Source of the DNA: a virus
DNA length: 64,000 nucleotides
Direction: 5' to 3' (one strand)
IMG/VR virus record: IMGVR_UViG_3300030329_005426
Span: 32,001 to 96,000 of that record
This document shows, in pieces, positions 19,422 to 28,448 of the stretch; position 1 is the first letter of the stretch, and every line of letters starts with the position of its first letter. Below the pieces are notes generated by a model. The model saw only the letters and a program-made list of their open reading frames with translations, was not told where the DNA came from and ran no database searches. The position numbers were made by a program, and so were the translations under genes.

Positions 19422-20969
19422 TTAGAATTTTACTACAATCTTGATGTCTTCAGTCTGATCCGAAGCCCTCTGAATAGATCCCCTGTTTTCTACGTATAAG
19501 ATTTTACCCGTATACGGTTTAAGTGATCCAGACGATACGGAAGCTACAGTAGCTGTAATACTCGAACCGCCCCCTGTAATTGTTTCCGTCGGTGAATATG
19601 TTCCGTCCACATTCGTTACTTTCAATGTGCCAGCTGTGTTTGCTGAATTAGTATTGGCGAAACTTACTACTCGACCTTTTGCATTAGAGGTACCACCGGT
19701 TAGAAGTTCATCTGATGTAAATTTACCTGAACCGGAAACACCGGTTAATGTTAAAGTTGTTGCTTGGTTATATGCTGAAGCTGTTGCTGCGCTACCGTTA
19801 GCTAACATTGGATCTTTAACGATACCAAAGACTCGGAAATCCTGTGCTGTTGGGAATGTATCACCCTCAGAACCAGACAACTGGATATTGAGCATGACAT
19901 TATATCCAAACAATTCGCTGACAGCGTTTGAACCGTGACCACCTGGAGGTGATATACGTGGCGAGGCAGTGGCACCTGTTCCATGAGAGCTATTCGCACT
20001 TATAGTTACGTTAGCTGTTGCATATCCAGAGCCAGTTGATATCATTGAAATCTTATTAACCGTATTTCCGATACCACCTTCTACCACGTTAGCATATGCT
20101 TCGGCACCCGACCCACTACCATTAACAGTAATTTTAGGTCCAATTACATATGTTGAATCAGCATCTGGTGAAACTGAATATCCAGATGTTAATGTAACCG
20201 TTCTGGAAGATCCTGTATAATCAACAATCTCTTTAGCCTGACCGGATCCAGTACCACCTGAAATATACATAACACTGCCGTTGTAAATATTATCTGTCGA
20301 ACTTGCATTAGTATTAACAACCATGACTGAAGTATTCGTTACAGAGAACATTGTTCCTACATGACCGGCATAACTATTACCTCTTGCATCCATATCAATT
20401 ACGTCAATGGCTCCGTTCGAGGCTGCTGTTGCAACAGTCGAGTCCGTCTTAACAGGAATATAACCGGTTGTTAGGAATTTAAGAATATCAGCAGTGGAAA
20501 TGGAATACATATATTTCCATTGATATCCATCAGCTGTGGCTAGTGTACTTGTTGATGTACCCGTTGGTTGAACGGTACTATTCGCACCGTGCACAGAACT
20601 ATTCGCACCATTATTATATAAACACTTATAAACATTATAATCACTAGAAACAACAAAGAAAGTATTAGATACCAAGCTGGCATTAGTGTTATCATAGTCG
20701 GTATAAAAGGTATTATTAGCCCAATCAGTACGGGGGACGGCGTAAGTGATATCAGCTGTTTGAACCTTTTTCATCGCAAGCATTGTTTTCCAAATATCAT
20801 ATTCAGTCGCTTGAACCGAATCAACCGGTACATCTGGATTAGCTTCATCGCCCCATGCTACGGAACGACCTATGAAAAAATACATACGAGTTTCATCAGA
20901 TTCACTGAATGCCTCGTAAAATTGTTCCGCATTATGCTTACGGAAATTGGATGTGACTATACCGGCCAT
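19422..20969 (-). CDS. baseplate wedge subunit (T4 gp8-like)
   Basis: YNVYKCLYNN, DGYQWKYMY, PPGGHGSNAVSEL, YVENR...QTEDIKIVVKF. Confidence 0.88.
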   Translation of the reverse strand: MAGIVTSNFRKHNAEQFYEAFSESDETRMYFFIGRSVAWGDEANPDVPVDSVQATEYDIWKTMLAMKKVQTADITYAVPRTDWANNTFYTDYDNTNASLVSNTFFVVSSDYNVYKCLYNNGANSSVHGANSTVQPTGTSTSTLATADGYQWKYMYSISTADILKFLTTGYIPVKTDSTVATAASNGAIDVIDMDARGNSYAGHVGTMFSVTNTSVMVVNTNASSTDNIYNGSVMYISGGTGSGQAKEIVDYTGSSRTVTLTSGYSVSPDADSTYVIGPKITVNGSGSGAEAYANVVEGGIGNTVNKISMISTGSGYATANVTISANSSHGTGATASPRISPPGGHGSNAVSELFGYNVMLNIQLSGSEGDTFPTAQDFRVFGIVKDPMLANGSAATASAYNQATTLTLTGVSGSGKFTSDELLTGGTSNAKGRVVSFANTNSANTAGTLKVTNVDGTYSPTETITGGGSSITATVASVSSGSLKPYTGKILYVENRGSIQRASDQTEDIKIVVKF

Positions 20970-21024
20970 TGCTTGATATCCCCTTCATATTCGAATAGTT
21001 CGAAATTTATTTGTTCTACATTGT

Positions 21025-21032
21025 TATTTATA
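21025..21032 (-). promoter_or_regulatory. T4-type late promoter upstream of gp8
   Basis: Exact TATAAATA in the intergenic gap. Confidence 0.65.
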
Positions 21033-21038
21033 ATAATT

Positions 21039-23327
21039 TTACCTATGTCCTGTGTGATCAAGTGTACTTACTGCTGCCATTATGTTATTTGAGGCCCCTG
21101 TTTGACCCGGCATATTATTAGCAATATACATTGTTCCGAGGAATACATCACCTTCCTGGAAGTCTCTAGTAAGGAACAATTTAGTATTACTGACGACGTT
21201 ATTAACAGTGTAAATTGTCGAATTACCAATCGCAGTCTGTGATAACATGCCACGAATGATAATAGATTGACCAGCGGTAGGTCTTCGACTACCGAAGGTA
21301 AACGTAACATTTGGATTAGATGTATTAGAAGCCAATACCATATCCATATCTTTTGTCAGGCTGCTAATTGAACTAGTAAGATAATTACTGATTGTATTAG
21401 TACCTGTACTGCTAATTAAGAATGTATTCTTAATTAATATACTATGTCGCAGAGGTCGTCCTGCTCTATGATGTGCAGTCCAAAGCATACTATTACTTGA
21501 ATCAATTGTGCTTACTGTTGTATCAATTGTCTTAGCAATTTGTAAGTTAACACCTGTAGCAGATGTTCGGCTAAAGTATGTTGCTGGAACTGTAACAGGT
21601 ACAGTATTAGCAATCTGCTGAAGATTGACAAATGATACATCACTAACAATAGCACCAATTTGTGATTGTGTATATGTTTCAACACTATCAGATACAATAA
21701 CAGGTACGTTGAGTGTATTTTCATATACAAGTTCTAGGTCTGGTCCATAAACTTGTGTTGATATTGTAGAAGCATCAAGCTCAGCTTCAACCTGTAATTG
21801 ACCAAATATTTTTTGGCCAGCAGGATGAATTAATTCTTTAACTAAATTTTTATAAGTATCTACAAATTGTGTGCTCTTAACAACATAACTATATTCTTGA
21901 TAATAGAAGTTATCTTGTAGTTTATTATTATAAGACAAAAATCCTTTGGTATCTACATATCTACCCGGATGAGTTATCAAACCAGTAACAAGTGGTAATC
22001 CTTTTCCGGCTTGGGTTCCGGCGCGATCACTATTAGCAATTGATGCAGTATTGTACTTATCATACGAGGAGCCCACGGAATTAAGACGTATGGCTGTAAT
22101 AGCACCCGGAATATTTGCAACAGTTACAACAGCATTTTGTCCTTTAATGCCTCCGTTAGGATCTTGCAATTCTTTATCAGCAATCTCTTGGTCAACTATA
22201 GTCGCTGTCGGTAAATAATTATATCCAAACCCGACATCAGTAACGGTAATTCCACTTATAGTTCCTGTTTCTATTTCTGCAAACTGCAATGCAGATGCTA
22301 ATGTAGAAGATACATTTGCCGCGGCTATATTAGCTTCTAAAACTTGTGTGTTAGATACACCTGAAGCAAATACTGGCCCGGAATTTAATGGTACATCTTT
22401 AACTGCTTCGATTGTTGTTGTTCCAAAAGTTACATTTGATGTATTTGAAATTCCATTAATTGTAAACGATGCCCCGAGACCACTACCACCAGCAATTGTA
22501 ATTACGCTATTACCTAATCTATACCCACTACCACCTGCGCGCAAAGTAAAATTAATAGATGATGTATCAGATGTTCTTATAACGACACCATTAGCACCAG
22601 TACCAGATGTATCACTTACTATTTGAATAACATCCCCAACCTGATGATAACCACCGCCTTGTGTAACATTAAATCCGCTTAAAGGGCCTGTTGTTGAAAA
22701 TACTGTTCCGTTAATAGTATTTGAAGCATTGCGAACTAACTCACCATCATTAAATGTTCCGTTAATAGCAGATAGAAACATTTCATCAACCTGCACACCA
22801 AGTTCAGATGTTTTTTCCACGCGCTCTACTTTAGCATGGGCACCTGATTCAGCACCGTATATAATAAGACCATCTAATTCAGCGCGATCACCTGTTCCCG
22901 GTGATGATACACGAATAGATGTTTCTTGAATCCATCGACCGTCACTTGTCCGAAGCATATCAACACCCGGATAATAAAAATCGATCTCCTCATTATAAAT
23001 CATTCTAAACAATAATCTATAAGCGGCTTGTGTGCCCTTAGCACGATACAAATCTTTAATATGCTTAACGAGTAATCGTTTATCTGCTAATGCAGTTTGG
23101 GGTATTCTATCCATTACTTCTGATTTGAAATATTGGATAAATTGATCTAAAGTATTATCGATATCTCTATAATCTAATAAATTTTTGGCACGTTCAGTGG
23201 CATTACCGCTTTGTTCCATCCATTCATAATACGCTTCTATAAACTTTTGAAATTTAGGAGCGTCTTCTTGGATGAAATCAGGTAGCTGTTCTGCAATCAG
23301 TGCTGACGTGATATTATTAGTAGCCAT
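21039..23327 (-). CDS. baseplate wedge initiator (T4 gp7-like)
   Basis: QLPDFI...FIEAYYEWME, YRAKGT, LQDNFYYQEYSYV, HPAGQKIFG; lies between gp6 and gp8. Confidence 0.8.
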   Translation of the reverse strand: MATNNITSALIAEQLPDFIQEDAPKFQKFIEAYYEWMEQSGNATERAKNLLDYRDIDNTLDQFIQYFKSEVMDRIPQTALADKRLLVKHIKDLYRAKGTQAAYRLLFRMIYNEEIDFYYPGVDMLRTSDGRWIQETSIRVSSPGTGDRAELDGLIIYGAESGAHAKVERVEKTSELGVQVDEMFLSAINGTFNDGELVRNASNTINGTVFSTTGPLSGFNVTQGGGYHQVGDVIQIVSDTSGTGANGVVIRTSDTSSINFTLRAGGSGYRLGNSVITIAGGSGLGASFTINGISNTSNVTFGTTTIEAVKDVPLNSGPVFASGVSNTQVLEANIAAANVSSTLASALQFAEIETGTISGITVTDVGFGYNYLPTATIVDQEIADKELQDPNGGIKGQNAVVTVANIPGAITAIRLNSVGSSYDKYNTASIANSDRAGTQAGKGLPLVTGLITHPGRYVDTKGFLSYNNKLQDNFYYQEYSYVVKSTQFVDTYKNLVKELIHPAGQKIFGQLQVEAELDASTISTQVYGPDLELVYENTLNVPVIVSDSVETYTQSQIGAIVSDVSFVNLQQIANTVPVTVPATYFSRTSATGVNLQIAKTIDTTVSTIDSSNSMLWTAHHRAGRPLRHSILIKNTFLISSTGTNTISNYLTSSISSLTKDMDMVLASNTSNPNVTFTFGSRRPTAGQSIIIRGMLSQTAIGNSTIYTVNNVVSNTKLFLTRDFQEGDVFLGTMYIANNMPGQTGASNNIMAAVSTLDHTGHR

Positions 23328-25198
23328 TAGATTATTACCGTATTAACACCTGTTTCGTTTATCTGGGTAGTAGTTCCGGTAGTTGTTATTTCTTTTACAA
23401 TACTTTCAGTCTTTTTTGTAACATTATTAATAATTGTTATTTCTGAATCAGCAAATAAAGGTATTTGATTTCGTACAGTAAATATATCCGATAAATTAGG
23501 TTTTACATCAACCTTAAGATCCGAACCCGAAATAGCAGTGATTAAGATACTTTCAAGTGTAATTAATCCGCTACTATAATCAACCAAGCCGGCTGCTTCA
23601 TTAGTAACTACTTTTGTAGATCCAGTAGAGAAATAATAAAAATTAATAATACCGTTACCATCATCTTCAAGATATGTTCCCGACCTACCATTATAAGTAA
23701 AGCTTGAAGAAACAACAGCACCTAAGTGCCCCGCATGTGGATTTGAAATAGAATTATTAAAAGGTAATTTATATGTTGATGTCAATTCTGCTGATGGTTG
23801 GAAACGCTTCTGTATTTTTAGATCTACTGCAACGGATACAATACTTGTTTCTTTATCTTCTAACGTTCTCATAAAATCAGATTTATAAAAAGCATCACCG
23901 AAATTACCTAGCTTATCTGTTTCATAATCTTGAATTGCTGTTTGTAGTCTAGTAGATATTTCACCTGCAGATAGCGCTGTCTGTTCCGGATTATATCTAA
24001 TTGTTACTTGAGGAACAATATAAACATAAGATGGATCCACAAATTCTGGATCAATCGACATAACATTTCTTTCTTCTAACCAAATTTTAAGGGCATCTTT
24101 ACGTGCAGAAGATAGTTCGTTACCTATTTTTGGCTTAGCACTGATATAAACTTTACCGTAGATTGGCGGATCATTTTCTTCACCACCCCATACCCTAACG
24201 GTTTGAAAATCTGGATTGGCATTAAGAATTAATTGTTTATAATCATTTGCCGTAACTGCTCGATTCTGTGTTTCATAATTCTTAGGTGCATTAAATTTAA
24301 TTGAAGAAACTGTCTCAACATTTGCACCTCCCTCAGCCGCAGTATTAACCGTTATATCATAATTAGAAAACCCAGTTCCTGTTACAGGATTTAATCCGAT
24401 AAGATCTGGACCGGTAAAGACAGCAGCACCGTTTGTTTCTGTACCAGCACAAATTCTATATGAAGCCTGGATAATATTACCATCAGATGGCTTTTTACCT
24501 AATACACCATCACCGAAATTAATTTCATACTGTCCGTCTAAATTTTCCTGAAGGAAAAATACGGTACTAGAGGCCCCAACGCGCGTTAAATCATTAGCTG
24601 TTTTATATAATTCGAAAGCACTATTACTACTAGATTCAATTACTTTGACTACAATACTTCTTGTATCAACCATCTTATTAGGAATAATATATCTTTCTGG
24701 GGTCGTAGAATTAACTTCCCATTCATGAGCAAAGTGTCTTCCTTCTACTACATCAATTGTAGCCGTATACCCTGCAGCGGCATTTACATTATATGATTGT
24801 TCGGTGACAAAAATATAATCATTACCATCGATCGTAGAAGTAAAAGAAGTATTAGCTGGTATAGTAACCGAGTCTGGTGTACCTGGCGGATTGATATCAA
24901 TTAATAGCTGTGCTGTAGCTCCTTGTGCCGATGTAGGAGTATAACCCAACATCTTAGCCCGTGAAACAACATTATTACGAATCAGAGCGCTATCCAAATA
25001 CATTTCATTCGCCACTTGATTTAGATAGACGGAATTATAATAAGTATTGTAAGCCAGGACATCTAACAATTGAGCCATGGCAGAACCTTCAAAATCATAA
25101 TCTAAGAACTCCGTCTGCGCTGACAGAAAGGATTTTAGATTACTTTTAATAGACGGAAAGTTCGTACTAGTTATTTTTAATGCTGCGTTCGCTGCCAT
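23327..25198 (-). CDS. baseplate wedge subunit (T4 gp6-like)
   Basis: DYDFEGS...LLDVLAYNTYYN, FGDGVLGK, QNRAVTANDY, WGGEENDPPIYGKV. Confidence 0.93.
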   Translation of the reverse strand: MAANAALKITSTNFPSIKSNLKSFLSAQTEFLDYDFEGSAMAQLLDVLAYNTYYNSVYLNQVANEMYLDSALIRNNVVSRAKMLGYTPTSAQGATAQLLIDINPPGTPDSVTIPANTSFTSTIDGNDYIFVTEQSYNVNAAAGYTATIDVVEGRHFAHEWEVNSTTPERYIIPNKMVDTRSIVVKVIESSSNSAFELYKTANDLTRVGASSTVFFLQENLDGQYEINFGDGVLGKKPSDGNIIQASYRICAGTETNGAAVFTGPDLIGLNPVTGTGFSNYDITVNTAAEGGANVETVSSIKFNAPKNYETQNRAVTANDYKQLILNANPDFQTVRVWGGEENDPPIYGKVYISAKPKIGNELSSARKDALKIWLEERNVMSIDPEFVDPSYVYIVPQVTIRYNPEQTALSAGEISTRLQTAIQDYETDKLGNFGDAFYKSDFMRTLEDKETSIVSVAVDLKIQKRFQPSAELTSTYKLPFNNSISNPHAGHLGAVVSSSFTYNGRSGTYLEDDGNGIINFYYFSTGSTKVVTNEAAGLVDYSSGLITLESILITAISGSDLKVDVKPNLSDIFTVRNQIPLFADSEITIINNVTKKTESIVKEITTTGTTTQINETGVNTVII

Positions 25199-25602
25199 TA
25201 TCTTGTTCTCTCTACTGATACGGTTACTTCAGTTGGCTCGATTTGGTTAATCGTTGTAAACTTTACAGTTATATCAAGAGTATTTTCATCTTCTTTAGCA
25301 TCAATTTTAACTTCTTCTAGATCTACACGAGGCTCATAGTTACCAATAGCCTCCTCAATCCTCTTTCGAAGAACTTGTTCCGTCATTGGATCAAAGTTCT
25401 CGAATAGCATAGCACGAATATTTCCACCATAATCAGGTTTATAAGGTCGTTCAAACATATTAGATAGAAGAATGTTCTTGACCGACTGCTTAACAGCATT
25501 GTCATTCTTCTTCAAAGATAAGCTTTTCTTAATAGGATGACGAGAAAACGCTATATCGAAATCCTGAAAAGTTATATTTGGGGCAACCCGACCTTGAGCC
25601 AT
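25198..25602 (-). CDS. baseplate wedge subunit (T4 gp25-like)
   Basis: AVKQSVKNILL...ERPYKPDYG...YEPRV. Confidence 0.92.
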   Translation of the reverse strand: MAQGRVAPNITFQDFDIAFSRHPIKKSLSLKKNDNAVKQSVKNILLSNMFERPYKPDYGGNIRAMLFENFDPMTEQVLRKRIEEAIGNYEPRVDLEEVKIDAKEDENTLDITVKFTTINQIEPTEVTVSVERTR

Positions 25603-25629
25603 CTGTTTATTCCTTTGGTATGATTATAC

Positions 25630-25637
25630 TATTTATA
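25630..25637 (-). promoter_or_regulatory. T4-type late promoter upstream of gp25
   Basis: Exact TATAAATA in the intergenic gap. Confidence 0.7.
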
Positions 25638-25643
25638 ATCAAT

Positions 25644-25823
25644 CTATACCGCTTCTGTTTTCTTAGCTTGAATTTCCGCTCGTCTTAGCTTACACACCTT
25701 CGCTATCTCGGACAATAACTTCCGAGCTCTAGTTCCAGCACTCTTATTTCCAGAGGTCTCGAATTTCTCGTTTTCCTCTTTATACTTTTCGAACAGTTCA
25801 GCTATTAATTCATCGTTTTCCAT
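25644..25823 (-). CDS. 59-aa histone H1-like (Hc1 family) protein; not in the ORF track
   Basis: Manual translation MENDELIAELFEKYKEENEKFETSGNKSAGTRARKLLSEIAKVCKLRRAEIQAKKTEAV; GGAG RBS; GNKxAGTRARK motif. Confidence 0.75.
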   Translation of the reverse strand: MENDELIAELFEKYKEENEKFETSGNKSAGTRARKLLSEIAKVCKLRRAEIQAKKTEAV

Positions 25824-25848
25824 TATTCTTCTCCATAAGGTCTAAAAA

Positions 25849-26145
25849 TTAGGGACCAGCGTAACAATTATCGGAGCCGGTAGCAACCGAAGTACACCCA
25901 GATATCGCATCTCCTATTCTACCACATCCTAAACCATTAACAAATACGGTAGGAGAGCCAGTAGCGATTGGGGCAGTATGAGTAGGACAAGGAACTCCGG
26001 GTAACAAATGAGGAGTATTATCGTCAGTCTCTCTACTAATACCTATTCCATTAACGAAGACATTATCAGAACATACATCTCTCCTAGGTACAGAGCAGTG
26101 GACAATATCGGCATCTACGGAATCGCCTCTACAAATTGCTGGCAT
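25849..26145 (-). CDS. PAAR-like spike tip protein (T4 gp5.4-like)
   Basis: MPAICRGD, GSPTVFVNG..CGRIGD, GSDN. Confidence 0.88.
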   Translation of the reverse strand: MPAICRGDSVDADIVHCSVPRRDVCSDNVFVNGIGISRETDDNTPHLLPGVPCPTHTAPIATGSPTVFVNGLGCGRIGDAISGCTSVATGSDNCYAGP

Positions 26146-26359
26146 GATTAGCCCTTTCGTGTGCCATTAATAGTTGTAGCTTATCATTCCATCCATCTAT
26201 TACGGAATGATCCTCTTCAGAATGTCCATCATCAGGCATGTCACCGAGGTCGGGAAGAAATCTTATGACATGAGCTATTTGATTCACTGGAATACTATCA
26301 TAGTCATTATATGTTACAATACTTCCATCAAGTTTTTTGATTCTGAATTCATGTGCCAT
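26129..26359 (-). CDS. hypothetical protein adjacent to PAAR
   Basis: MAHEFRIKK...HVIRFLPD...HSEEDH; likely start 26359. Confidence 0.6.
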   Translation of the reverse strand: MAHEFRIKKLDGSIVTYNDYDSIPVNQIAHVIRFLPDLGDMPDDGHSEEDHSVIDGWNDKLQLLMAHERANHASNL

Positions 26360-26486
26360 TCTTGACTCTCCATCGTTTCTCCTTTGCATTCCAATAGACT
26401 TCGTCAGGGGATGCATGGGAATTGCCGTGAGACATCTTCTTACCCTTAGACCTAACAGTCTTACCTTTCATTAACTTCTTACCCAT
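26349..26486 (-). CDS. small basic hypothetical protein (45 aa); not in the ORF track
   Basis: Manual translation MGKKLMKGKTVRSKGKKMSHGNSHASPDEVYWNAKEKRWRVKNGT; fills the gap exactly, with GGAGG upstream. Confidence 0.5.
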   Translation of the reverse strand: MGKKLMKGKTVRSKGKKMSHGNSHASPDEVYWNAKEKRWRVKNGT

Positions 26487-28448
26487 TTAACTAAATCCTC
26501 CTGTATCAATATCTTCCGCATTATCGGCATCTCGTCTGGCTCTATTCTGTAATTGTAACATAGTTAATCCCTGTGTAGAAGGTAGAGACTTGGCTAGATT
26601 ACCTTTATCATTAGCCTTGGCTATAACTGATGGAGAATTTGCACCCGTCCCCTCAATATTAGAGCCACCGATATCCTCACCTGTCTTATGTAGATTCATA
26701 AAGCTATCAGCATGTAATTCAGCTTCTGCAAGATTATTCTTAGAATCTTCCCATTTAGTTACTTCTTTTTCTATAATAGGAGAACCACCAACAGTTTCAC
26801 TATGTGAGGCCTTAGCCGTTATCTTAGGTGTAGATACGGGAATAGTAATCTCAGTAGGTAAGTTTACTGTAGTAACATCACCTTCAAGCATATTCTTTTC
26901 TGTATGATTACCTTCCTGTGATTGTATTTCTCCTCCACCCCCCGAGCCGGGCCAATCTGGTTTATTGCCGCCAATAAAGATTTCACCGTCCTTATATGGT
27001 TGTTTACGTAATTTCAATCTTTCTAGGGATACTACCTTCTCTATACTATTATTAGTCTGGGCTAATCCAGGATCGGTAACAAATGGAGGAATAGTAACTA
27101 CTGCTTCTTTGGCATCTTTAGCCGTTCCGGGATTAGATTTACCTGCGGTATTCAGGTGAATATCAGAACCCCCTTCGACAGCTATATCGCCGCCTGCTTT
27201 AATATCGGCCTTGCCCCCCACGTCGGTATCCCAAACCCCCCCCACCCCGGTTGTCCAGGCGCCGCCGGTCTTCAGGTCGAATGTCTTGCCTATACCCTGG
27301 ACCATCTCTTTGCCTACCTTGAGGTTGAGCGACTCGGCTACGTTGGCTGCGTGGTGGCCGGCTGTTACTATATCTACGTTGGCTCCGTATTTAAACCTGG
27401 CGCGACCCTTCGTTACTGTATAGTCGTGGGTATTGGCTACTAGATAGATGCTGCTATTACCTATCGTTCTATTATGATCAACCCTTATATCTTCTTCGTG
27501 CCATCCGTATATGAGACTGTGTACATTAGAGCGGTTCTCATTATCTCCTACTTGTATACGACGATTGCCCTTGACATATAGATAGTCGTTGCCCTGGATC
27601 TCTGTGTATCTATTCCCTTGTACCTGGATACGCGCGTCACCGGCAACGGTTATATTATGTCCCTTCATTATATACATATGGTTATTCGCAAACACCACGT
27701 CATAGTTATTACCTACTACACGTGTCTGCTTATCACCGCTATCATCTATCTGATAATACGTGCCACTCTTATGATATTCGTGTATACGTGCGTGGCCTGG
27801 TGTATCATCTACCTCGAATACATGACCGGCCTCATACTCGCGGACGTGATTGCGTGGGTAGGATGCCTTATACGTCGAGACGGGTTGGTCATAGGATAGA
27901 CTATTATTAGAGGACGAAATGGGGTTGCTATTTGATAGGGCCAGGGGTATCCTCGTACGACCCGTCTCGTTAAAGCCCTCGTGATGAGACTGCTTAATAC
28001 GCCGTGTACCGTTATTCCCAGGTTCTATGTAGTCTTCATTACGGGCCAGGCGAGAGACATCTGGTTCATCGAAACGACCAGTATCCTTATCCGGCTTCAT
28101 GTCTGCACCATAAGTCCACTCAGGTATTCCAGGGACTGCGCCAAGGACCATAGGACGTTGCGCTTCGATCGCATCCATAAAGAAGCCGAGTACCATAGAA
28201 CCAACTATAAGTCCCGTGGGTGATGTACCTATATCCGCTTTCTGTCCCGACGTTACCGGCATAATAACTTGGGCCCACGGTAAGGCTTCGGTTGGTAATG
28301 ACTTAGGATCTTGATCATGGACTCCGTATATACGAACACGTACACGACCAGTCTTCAAAGGATCATCACGATCCTCGACTAATCCAAACCACCATTTAAA
28401 GCTATTACCGACATCATTAGGATGTCTAGAGTCCATCGTTTCGGCCAT
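26487..28448 (-). CDS. baseplate central spike (T4 gp5-like; OB-fold plus beta-helix, no lysozyme domain)
   Basis: WWFGLVEDRDDPLKTGRVRVRIYGVH...LPWA, GHVFEVDDTPG...HKSGTY, 8-residue beta-helix repeats ending in IHLN. Confidence 0.9.
   Translation of the reverse strand: MAETMDSRHPNDVGNSFKWWFGLVEDRDDPLKTGRVRVRIYGVHDQDPKSLPTEALPWAQVIMPVTSGQKADIGTSPTGLIVGSMVLGFFMDAIEAQRPMVLGAVPGIPEWTYGADMKPDKDTGRFDEPDVSRLARNEDYIEPGNNGTRRIKQSHHEGFNETGRTRIPLALSNSNPISSSNNSLSYDQPVSTYKASYPRNHVREYEAGHVFEVDDTPGHARIHEYHKSGTYYQIDDSGDKQTRVVGNNYDVVFANNHMYIMKGHNITVAGDARIQVQGNRYTEIQGNDYLYVKGNRRIQVGDNENRSNVHSLIYGWHEEDIRVDHNRTIGNSSIYLVANTHDYTVTKGRARFKYGANVDIVTAGHHAANVAESLNLKVGKEMVQGIGKTFDLKTGGAWTTGVGGVWDTDVGGKADIKAGGDIAVEGGSDIHLNTAGKSNPGTAKDAKEAVVTIPPFVTDPGLAQTNNSIEKVVSLERLKLRKQPYKDGEIFIGGNKPDWPGSGGGGEIQSQEGNHTEKNMLEGDVTTVNLPTEITIPVSTPKITAKASHSETVGGSPIIEKEVTKWEDSKNNLAEAELHADSFMNLHKTGEDIGGSNIEGTGANSPSVIAKANDKGNLAKSLPSTQGLTMLQLQNRARRDADNAEDIDTGGFS

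Noticed and set aside
14379-22929. Many 60-110 aa alternative-frame and antisense ORFs within large structural genes
   Set aside because: These are shadow ORFs produced by codon bias of the real genes, with no independent signals.
26590-28223. Run of plus-strand ORFs antisense to gene 5 as repEA/repEB analogues
   Set aside because: They have no RBS or recognisable motifs and are explained by stop-codon scarcity in the compositionally skewed segment. Only the DNA-level anomaly is reported.
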